Shown piece by piece: positions 57,307 to 64,000 of a DNA stretch of 64,000 nucleotides. This DNA is from a virus (lineage: Duplodnaviria > Caudoviricetes). Each line of letters starts with the position of its first letter. Positions within the stretch are counted from its first letter, which is position 1. Below the pieces are notes generated by a model that was given only the letters and a program-made list of their open reading frames with translations, was not told the DNA's origin and made no database searches. Where the stretch lies: the IMG/VR virus record IMGVR_UViG_3300044645_001661; one strand, given 5' to 3'. The translations under genes and the position numbers were made by a program.

Positions 57307-58023
57307 ATGGAAGAAGATTTAAGAGTTAAACATGCAGATATTTTAAAAGATCCAGATGGTCCTTTAAATCATTATAATGTAATATATCCAGATGATCCAA
57401 GAACGCACAATCATTTTGATTTTTGTGGTAATACAATTTATAGGGCATATAATGTATTAAGTTTAGAAGATCGTCAAGCATTGTTAGAAGAGATTGACGA
57501 TGAATTGTCTAAAAATCCTAATTGGGATTTGTCGGTAGAAGCAACTAAAGAACTTAGTACTAGAAAGTTAAAAAATAAAGAATGTTGGGTTAATTTTTTT
57601 AAAATGGTGAAAACCCATTTGTACAATTATGCAAAGATAACAAATAATCCAAAAATTCTGGAATTAAAAATTCAATCTTATTGGGCAAAAAGATTGAGAG
57701 ATGTTTCTGAGGAAAAATATGCAGAAGAATTGTATATAAACTACGGAAATACTCATAGTCATCAACATTTTGATTTGGGATTAATTTTTTATTTGCAAAA
57801 TCCTTCAAGGATTTATGGAACATTGATTGAAAATAATGGACGTGAAGTTGTAATTCCTGGTGACGAAAATTCTTTGCTTTTACATCATTCTGCAGTAAAT
57901 CATCAACCAGCACATCCACCTCCGATAGTCGCAAAAGATTATTATAGATGTGTCATCGTTGCAGATTTTATGTATCCAGATAAAGATAAAAAAATGAGAG
58001 TTGCGGATGACAGAAAAAGATAA
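57307..58023 (+). CDS. 2OG-Fe(II) oxygenase-like protein
   Basis: HSH...FYLQNP...HQP...RCVIVADF. Confidence 0.55.
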   Translation: MEEDLRVKHADILKDPDGPLNHYNVIYPDDPRTHNHFDFCGNTIYRAYNVLSLEDRQALLEEIDDELSKNPNWDLSVEATKELSTRKLKNKECWVNFFKMVKTHLYNYAKITNNPKILELKIQSYWAKRLRDVSEEKYAEELYINYGNTHSHQHFDLGLIFYLQNPSRIYGTLIENNGREVVIPGDENSLLLHHSAVNHQPAHPPPIVAKDYYRCVIVADFMYPDKDKKMRVADDRKR

Positions 58024-58240
58024 AAAAATTTATAAAAATATTTTTAAAAAAATATTAGAGAATAAAAAGGATACCATGTCCTATGAGGAAGGGACATGGT
58101 TGATGGAACGACCAGAAATGATGGATCTTGCAAAAAAATTAAATGCAAAGGTAAAAATAATGGCTAGATTTCCAGAATATAAAAATACCATAGAAGAAAT
58201 ACTTTTTATTCTTGACTTATCAGACAGGTTTTTAAGATAA
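58001..58240 (+). CDS. Hypothetical protein
   Basis: 79-aa ORF. Confidence 0.45.
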   Translation: MRMTEKDKKIYKNIFKKILENKKDTMSYEEGTWLMERPEMMDLAKKLNAKVKIMARFPEYKNTIEEILFILDLSDRFLR

Positions 58241-58257
58241 GAATAATTTATACCCTG

Positions 58258-58286
58258 TTGTCTTTTTGATCTTTTTTTGCTACCAT
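58258..58286 (+). promoter_or_regulatory. Sigma70-type promoter of the RNA ligase operon
   Basis: TTGTCT 58258-58263, 17 nt, TACCAT 58281-58286 preceded by TGC. Confidence 0.5.
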
Positions 58287-58308
58287 TGGAACATAGTAAA
58301 CCAGAATC

Positions 58309-59451
58309 ATGCATTACAAATTTCCAACAATTACACATTTGGATCAAGTTAAGAATGCTATTGAAGGTTATGACGAATTTCGTGTAACTGATAAAGGATT
58401 CTATACTGTTGTAAATTATGCTGTAGCTTTTGATAATACTTTTGATATTAATGATGAAAATGATATTAATGGTATGATTCGTAGGGAATGTCGGGGATTA
58501 ATTTTTGATGTTGATGGTAATTTGATTTCGCGTCCCTATCATAAGTTTTTTAATTTAAATGAAAGAGAAGAAACTCATATTGATACTGTAGGATTTGATC
58601 TTCATACTGTTCTTGAAAAAATGGATGGATCAATGATTCGTCCTATTCCAACAGAACATGGATTTAGACTTGCCACAAAAGCAGGAATTACTGATGTTGC
58701 AATAAATGCTGAAATTTTTATTTCAGATAAACCAGAATATGCAAATTTTATTAATCATTGTATTGCTCGGAATTTAACTGCAATCTTTGAATGGTGTTCT
58801 CGTAAAAACAGAATTGTTGTTGATTATCCAGAAGATAAATTAATTCTTACTGCTCTAAGAAGTATTAAAAATGGATCTTATTGTTCATATAATAATCTGC
58901 GTCTTCTAACAGAACAATATAATATTCCTCTGGTTAAAAAATGGCCAGATAATATGAATATCCAAGAATTGGTTGAGTATGTTCGTAATCTTGAGGATGA
59001 AGAAGGTATTGTTCTAAGGTTTGACAATGGACATATGTTGAAAATTAAAGCGGAAGAGTATGTACTTCGTCATAAAACTAAAGAGCAAATCAGTCAAGAA
59101 AAAAATGTTTTGGATGTAATTATTGAAGATAAAGTTGATGATGTAATTCCTTTGCTATTAGATTCTGATGCAAGTAGATTGAAATATTTTCAAAAAGCAT
59201 TTTGGATTAATGTGGATGATGTTGCATTTAATTTAGCTGAGACATATCAAAAAGGAAAACACTATCAAGATAAAAAATCCTTTGCTGTAGAATTTGTTCA
59301 AAAACTTAGTCCTCATTTACAACCATTCATGTATGCAATGAATTCTGGAAAAGGTTCTAAAAGTCTCTTGGTAGAATCTATTAAAAAATCATTAACCTCA
59401 CAAACTAAAATAGACCAATCTCGTTGGATGTGGGGAAACTTAGTTTGGTAA
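58309..59451 (+). CDS. rnlA: RNA ligase 1 (T4 Rnl1 family)
   Basis: RECRGLIF, RPYHKFFNLNE, EKMDGS (KxDG), FEWCS..NRIV..Y, EGIV, LKIKAEEY. Confidence 0.9.
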   Translation: MHYKFPTITHLDQVKNAIEGYDEFRVTDKGFYTVVNYAVAFDNTFDINDENDINGMIRRECRGLIFDVDGNLISRPYHKFFNLNEREETHIDTVGFDLHTVLEKMDGSMIRPIPTEHGFRLATKAGITDVAINAEIFISDKPEYANFINHCIARNLTAIFEWCSRKNRIVVDYPEDKLILTALRSIKNGSYCSYNNLRLLTEQYNIPLVKKWPDNMNIQELVEYVRNLEDEEGIVLRFDNGHMLKIKAEEYVLRHKTKEQISQEKNVLDVIIEDKVDDVIPLLLDSDASRLKYFQKAFWINVDDVAFNLAETYQKGKHYQDKKSFAVEFVQKLSPHLQPFMYAMNSGKGSKSLLVESIKKSLTSQTKIDQSRWMWGNLVW

Positions 59452-59455
59452 ATTT

Positions 59456-59932
59456 ATGGAAACCATATTACTAGAACCACATAAAACAATATTAGTTCTT
59501 AATGCAAGTTATGAACCAATAAATTTTTGTAATTGGAAAAGGGCTATTGTGCTTCTTTTAAAAGAAAAAGCACAACTACTGTCATCTAGAGTAATTCGTT
59601 TAATTAATTACATACAGTTACCAATTTCTAAAATAATGTCATGTAAACCATCAAGACAGTTGGTTTATAAAAGAGATGATAATCGTTGTCAGTATTGTGG
59701 ATCAATAAAACAACTTACTATTGATCATGTAATACCAAAATCTAAAGGTGGTAAAGACACCTGGGAAAATTTAGTTGTTGCTTGTATGTTATGTAATACG
59801 AAAAAAGGTGATAGGACACCAGAAGAGTGGGGAGTTCCATTGCATCAAAAACCAAAGGCACCATTTAATAAAATGACAATTAGTTTAAAAACCTCTAATG
59901 TTCCTGAATGGAAGGAGTATGTTTATGCCTGA
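59456..59932 (+). CDS. HNH endonuclease (McrA/HNH_5-like)
   Basis: LVLNASYEP, RD..CQYCG, TIDHVIP, GG..WENLV.AC..CN..K. Confidence 0.92.
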   Translation: METILLEPHKTILVLNASYEPINFCNWKRAIVLLLKEKAQLLSSRVIRLINYIQLPISKIMSCKPSRQLVYKRDDNRCQYCGSIKQLTIDHVIPKSKGGKDTWENLVVACMLCNTKKGDRTPEEWGVPLHQKPKAPFNKMTISLKTSNVPEWKEYVYA

Positions 59933-60413
59933 ACTTTTAATGCTTTGTGGTATTCCTACCTGTGGGAAATCCACATATGTTGAAAAACTGAAGAACTTGG
60001 ACTACTGGAAGGATGCAGTAGTTCTTTCTACTGATAATTACATTGAAAAACAAGCACAACGAATGGGTCTGACTTATAATCAGATTTTTGATGATGTGAT
60101 TGATGATGCAACTAGGGAACTTGAACTTGAGTTGAATATGGCAAAGGATAAAGGAAAGAACATCATTTGGGATCAGACAAACTTATCAGTCAAGACCCGA
60201 AAGAAAAAACTTTCTAAAGTCCCTTCCATTTACCGCAGGGATGCTGTATACTTTGTCATATCACTAGAGGAGGCACTGGAACGGAACGATCACCGTGAAG
60301 GGAAGTTTATTCCAAAAAGCATCTTAAAGAGGATGTGGCATCAATTTGAAATTCCAACTCGCAATGAGGACTTTGATTATGTTGAAAAAGTTGAGGTTCA
60401 AGGAACCGTATAA
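59925..60413 (+). CDS. P-loop polynucleotide kinase-like protein (AAA_33)
   Basis: CGIPTCGKST, STD, WDQTN, R. Confidence 0.8.
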   Translation: MPELLMLCGIPTCGKSTYVEKLKNLDYWKDAVVLSTDNYIEKQAQRMGLTYNQIFDDVIDDATRELELELNMAKDKGKNIIWDQTNLSVKTRKKKLSKVPSIYRRDAVYFVISLEEALERNDHREGKFIPKSILKRMWHQFEIPTRNEDFDYVEKVEVQGTV

Positions 60414-60609
60414 TCATCATATTGAATATACAAATGATATTGACCGCATCGTGAAGATCTTTGCGGATCGTGGATATGAAATCTCACACTCTGATGCAAT
60501 CCGTGCCTGGGAAGAATTTTCTGATAGTATGTGTGCTGGATGGATGTGTCTTGGAGAAGATGATGAAGTGTTCCACGATGCTTTTTATTATTTTGAGGAA
60601 GTGGTGTGA
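60379..60609 (+). CDS. Hypothetical protein (start uncertain)
   Basis: AWEEFSDSMCAGWM motif; overlaps the kinase end. Confidence 0.5.
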   Translation: MLKKLRFKEPYNHHIEYTNDIDRIVKIFADRGYEISHSDAIRAWEEFSDSMCAGWMCLGEDDEVFHDAFYYFEEVV

Positions 60610-61058
60610 CTGAACGTAATTGTTTTATTTTTGATTTGGATGGAACTATTTGTAATGTCCATCATCGCAAACAATATGTTGCCACTAAGCCCCGTAATTG
60701 GGATGCTTGGAATAAAGGTCTGGTAAATGATACTCCTCATTTAGCAGTTCAAAAAGTATTTCAAGCACTTCGTAATGATTGTGAAGTTGATTTAATTATT
60801 GTTTCTGGTCGTTCGGATGATTATAAGGAACAAACAGTTCAATGGTTGACTGACAATCAAATCTTTTATGATGAGATTTATATGAGAAAGTATGAGGATC
60901 ATCGTGATGATTGTATTGTCAAAGGTGAAATTGCTGACGAAATTCAGAAAACTCATAATATTATTGGAGTTTTTGATGATCGGCAGCGTGTGGTAAATAT
61001 GTGGATTCAGCGTGGTATCTTTGTATTTGATGTTGCACAAGGTCTGGGGAACTTCTGA
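60606..61058 (+). CDS. HAD 3'-phosphatase (PseT phosphatase domain-like)
   Basis: FDLDGT, VSGR, MR...DHRDDC.VK, FDDR..VV.MW; GTG start. Confidence 0.85.
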   Translation: MTERNCFIFDLDGTICNVHHRKQYVATKPRNWDAWNKGLVNDTPHLAVQKVFQALRNDCEVDLIIVSGRSDDYKEQTVQWLTDNQIFYDEIYMRKYEDHRDDCIVKGEIADEIQKTHNIIGVFDDRQRVVNMWIQRGIFVFDVAQGLGNF

Positions 61059-61060
61059 TT

Positions 61061-61375
61061 ATGATTGACACACTTATTGCTGGATTGACTTGCGGAATTG
61101 CAACTTTTTACGGAATTGGAGACGGATTTCATGGACAAACAACTGCTAACGGTGAGCGGTTTGATGCTTATCGTTGGACTGCAGCTCATCCTTATCTACC
61201 TATGGGTAGCAAAATTAGGGTAACGAACCAAAACAACGGAAAACAAGTTATTGTAAGAGTAAATGATCGTGGTCCATATAGTCATGCTGATTTGGATCTT
61301 TCTTATGCTGCCTTTGCTCATATTTCTTCTACGAGTAAGGGTAACGCTACTGTATGTTGGAGAGTAGTTGGATGA
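61061..61375 (+). CDS. rlpA: RlpA-like double-psi beta-barrel (lytic transglycosylase-like)
   Basis: ATFYG..FHG.TTANGERFD...TAAH..LP.GS..RVTN..NGK.V.VRVNDRGP...DLS..AF. Confidence 0.88.
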   Translation: MIDTLIAGLTCGIATFYGIGDGFHGQTTANGERFDAYRWTAAHPYLPMGSKIRVTNQNNGKQVIVRVNDRGPYSHADLDLSYAAFAHISSTSKGNATVCWRVVG

Positions 61376-62172
61376 AAGTTCGTTTAGTCAGTGATTTACA
61401 TTTGGAAATGTGTGAACACGGGCATGGAGTTCCTGACCTTGGAGAGGGTGAAGTTCTGATCCTTGGTGGGGATATTCTCTGTGCTCGCCACTTCAAAAAG
61501 AATGGTTCTCTCAAAGAAGTTTATACTAACTTCCTAAAGAAGTGTGCTGACAATTTTATGCATGTTCTGTATATCACAGGGAATCATGAAGCATATGGAT
61601 ACAACTATGAAGGAACCTGGAATGTTCTAAAAGAGAATCTTCCTGAAGGTATTCAACTGATGGAAGATAATGTGGTGAAGATTGCTGATTGGGTTTTTAT
61701 CGGTTCTACTTTTTGGACTGACTTCCGTAATGGAAATGCCCTGGAAATGATGGAAGCGGCACAGTGTATGAATGATTATAAGACTATTCGTATCACTCCA
61801 AAGTATCGTAAGATGAATCCTGATGATACATATGGTTTCCATCGTAAATCTAAGCAGTTTCTTCTGGAACAGTTAGAACTTTTTAAAAACCAGAAAATCT
61901 GGGTTCTCACGCACCACGCACCTTCTTACCAGTCCGTTCACGAAAAATACCGAAAATCGGGCATCGCAAACGGTGCCTATGTCAGCGATCTTGACGGTCT
62001 CATCCTGGACAACCCTGAGATTAGGGTCTGGTCCCACGGTCACACCCATACTTCATTTGACTATAAAATCGGTGAATGTCGGATTGTTTGCAATCCCAGA
62101 GGATACTACAATGGTTACAACAATAGAGATTTGAACTTGGACTTTGACCCTAACTTTGAGATTGAGTTATGA
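61372..62172 (+). CDS. Calcineurin-like metallophosphoesterase
   Basis: SDLHLE, GGD, GNHE, THHAP, HGHTH, NPRGY. Confidence 0.9.
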   Translation: MKVRLVSDLHLEMCEHGHGVPDLGEGEVLILGGDILCARHFKKNGSLKEVYTNFLKKCADNFMHVLYITGNHEAYGYNYEGTWNVLKENLPEGIQLMEDNVVKIADWVFIGSTFWTDFRNGNALEMMEAAQCMNDYKTIRITPKYRKMNPDDTYGFHRKSKQFLLEQLELFKNQKIWVLTHHAPSYQSVHEKYRKSGIANGAYVSDLDGLILDNPEIRVWSHGHTHTSFDYKIGECRIVCNPRGYYNGYNNRDLNLDFDPNFEIEL

Positions 62173-62366
62173 ATTACAAAACTTTTGATGATTGGTTTGA
62201 TGAGTTGGAGGGATTTTCCTATCGATCTGAGCGGTTTTGGGATGATTTTGAGTATGCGTCTCAAACTAAAGATTATTCTATGATCAAAAAATGGTTAAAA
62301 ACTGCTTGGGAGATTGGATATCAAAGCTCAGAAAGTAAATTTTATGGTGGGACAAAAAATGATTGA
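62169..62366 (+). CDS. Hypothetical protein
   Basis: F..WF.ELEGFS.RSERFW motif; ATGA coupling. Confidence 0.55.
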   Translation: MNYKTFDDWFDELEGFSYRSERFWDDFEYASQTKDYSMIKKWLKTAWEIGYQSSESKFYGGTKND

Positions 62367-62526
62367 TACTGTTAGATTTCCTTATCCGAATTTTCCATTT
62401 AGATTGGAGTATGAAGAAAATAAGGTTAAGAAAGTTTGTCATTTTGAATGTAAAGAACATCTCGATAAATATTTGGAACGACATAAACTTAAAAAAAATA
62501 AAGTTAAAATAGAAAATCGTAAATGA
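62359..62526 (+). CDS. Hypothetical protein
   Basis: FPYPNFPFRL...CHFEC.EHL. Confidence 0.5.
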   Translation: MIDTVRFPYPNFPFRLEYEENKVKKVCHFECKEHLDKYLERHKLKKNKVKIENRK

Positions 62527-63356
62527 AAACCTTTAAAGTTCCGCACATAGAATTACATGTAACGCATACTTGCAATTTTAGTTGTGAAGGATGTTCTCAT
62601 TATTCAAATCACGGACATTCTGGAACTTTATCTCTAAAAGAATGTGATGAATGGTTGTATTCTTGGAGTAGAAGATTGCAACCAGAATTGTTTACTATAT
62701 TGGGTGGAGAACCAACTCTTAATAAGAATTTAATTGATATAATTTATCTGGTAAGAATGATGTGGCCAGATACTGCAACTGCAATTGATTTAGTATCAAA
62801 TGCAAGTTTTTTGCATATGCACTCTGATTTACCACAAGCGTTGCTTGATACTGATACTACTTTAGCAATTTCAATTCATAGTAAAATACATCCTGGGTAT
62901 GTAAATAAATTTAAAAAAGGATATAGATTGGCTAAAGAATGGAGAAAGCAGTATGGAATAAATTTAGAATTTTGGGACTTTACAACAGATACATGGATGC
63001 CCCAATATAAAGGATTTGGCAATAATATGATGCCATATGAAGATAATGATCCAAGAAAAAGTTGGGAAAAATGCTTATCTAAAAAGGCTCTACAAATACA
63101 TGAAGGTAAATTGTGGAAGTGTCCACCTCTGGCATATTTACCGATGCAAACAAAAAAATATGAACTTGACAAAAAATGGGATCCTTATTTAAAATATAAA
63201 CCATTGGATATAAACTGTTCTGATCAAGAACTTGAAGAATTTTTAAATAGGGAAGATGAGTGTTTTTGTGCTATGTGCCCAGCAAATATTGACAATCCAT
63301 ATCAAAAAAATGATCCAACTCTTCCTGTAAGTTATTGGGAGAAGTTAAACTCATGA
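62523..63356 (+). CDS. Radical SAM protein
   Basis: CNFSCEGC (CxxxCxxC), LGGEP, C-terminal C...KCP...CAMC. Confidence 0.88.
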   Translation: MKTFKVPHIELHVTHTCNFSCEGCSHYSNHGHSGTLSLKECDEWLYSWSRRLQPELFTILGGEPTLNKNLIDIIYLVRMMWPDTATAIDLVSNASFLHMHSDLPQALLDTDTTLAISIHSKIHPGYVNKFKKGYRLAKEWRKQYGINLEFWDFTTDTWMPQYKGFGNNMMPYEDNDPRKSWEKCLSKKALQIHEGKLWKCPPLAYLPMQTKKYELDKKWDPYLKYKPLDINCSDQELEEFLNREDECFCAMCPANIDNPYQKNDPTLPVSYWEKLNS

Positions 63357-64000
63357 TTACCTGGGGAATATCATCAGAAAGTCACAATGCAGCTCTCTCT
63401 GTATTTGTTAATGACACATTAGTTTTTGCTAGTGAAAGTGAAAGATTTAGTGGTATAAAAAATGATGCATATTTGAATGATGATATTATTAACTATGCAC
63501 TAAAGTTTGGAAAACCAGAACTGGTCTGTTGGTATGAGAACCCGTATAAGAAAACACTTAGACAACTTCTTGCAGGTCAAGGATGGATCCAAAACGTCAA
63601 GAAGTATGTTGATGTTCCAATCAAGTATTATGATCACCATTATACTCATGCTTGTGCTGGTTATTTCACCAGCAAGTTTGATGAATGTTGTGTGGTGGTT
63701 ATTGACGCTATAGGTGAATTTCAGACACTCACTATCTGGGAAGCAAACGGTAATAGATTAAAACTTAAGTTTCAACGTAAATATCCACACAGCATCGGAC
63801 TTTGGTACTCTGCGATGACTCAAAGGTGTGGATTAAAACCAAATGAAGAAGAATATATCCTCATGGGCATGTCTGCTTATGGGGATAAACTTCTTTATGA
63901 AAATGATATCTACAGAGATTTTATAGGATTTAGGACTGCAACATTTAAAAAAAACTTACATAAAGGATGTAGAGATTGGAGACCTGACATTAAAAACACT
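63353..64000 (+). CDS. Carbamoyltransferase copy 3 (runs off the window end)
   Basis: Manual translation: MITWGISSESHNAA, SERFSGIKND, WYENP, DHHYTHA, IDAIGE, SIGLWYSAMT, EEYILMGMSAYG; absent from the ORF track because it has no stop. Confidence 0.88.
   Translation, partial: MITWGISSESHNAALSVFVNDTLVFASESERFSGIKNDAYLNDDIINYALKFGKPELVCWYENPYKKTLRQLLAGQGWIQNVKKYVDVPIKYYDHHYTHACAGYFTSKFDECCVVVIDAIGEFQTLTIWEANGNRLKLKFQRKYPHSIGLWYSAMTQRCGLKPNEEEYILMGMSAYGDKLLYENDIYRDFIGFRTATFKKNLHKGCRDWRPDIKNT

Noticed and set aside
1072-63172. Many antisense or alternative-frame ORFs in the track (e.g. 22401-22904, 37597-38091, 50760-51308, 54302-54790)
   Set aside because: They are shadows of well-supported genes on the other strand or frame and have no recognisable motifs or SD.
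63507-63713. 68-aa ORF from the track
   Set aside because: Out-of-frame overlap inside the third carbamoyltransferase (63353 to window end).
1-64000. CRISPR array, IS/transposase, intron or intein
   Set aside because: No regularly spaced direct repeats, transposase motifs or interrupted core genes seen; thyX, phoH, gp32 and rnlA are contiguous. The Cas4-like nuclease at 20043 is the usual T4-like exonuclease in its usual context.

Overview
A 64 kb segment of an AT-rich T4-like cyanomyovirus genome (Kyanoviridae-like). The assignment rests on gp32, gp33, gp59, gp53, gp48, gp2, gp4, gp54, gp26/gp51, gp5-like, phoH, thyX, CP12 and a ferredoxin-dependent bilin reductase. Layout: (1) 1-17.2 kb is an accessory island of modifying enzymes: GT9-like transferase, two carbamoyltransferases, flavin-dependent halogenase, a split ADP-heptose pathway (hldC/hldA/HAD/cupin/hldD), many 2OG-Fe(II) oxygenases, bilin reductase, sulfotransferase and speD. 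(2) 17.3-17.9 kb is a tandem glnA-like (glutamine riboswitch-like) leader with a nested 50-aa ORF, ahead of a DUF4278-like gene. (3) 18-23 kb holds nucleotide, replication and late-transcription genes. (4) 23-43.4 kb is the baseplate/tail module. It contains a well-formed candidate -1 frameshift cassette fusing gp26-like to gp51-like just upstream of tape-measure-like genes, and a gp53 with a large symmetric insertion. (5) 43.4-44.8 kb has tRNA-Gly, tRNA-Thr, small ORFs and a candidate sRNA with its own promoter and terminator. (6) A 1942-aa fibre-like protein with a C-terminal S74 chaperone. (7) 50.7-55.6 kb is a helicase-methyltransferase locus in which the MTase motifs appear split over two genes. 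(8) 58.3-61.1 kb is an RNA repair module (Rnl1, HNH, separate kinase and phosphatase). The window ends with RlpA-like, metallophosphoesterase and radical SAM genes and a third, truncated carbamoyltransferase. All family calls come from motif recognition by eye; no searches were run.
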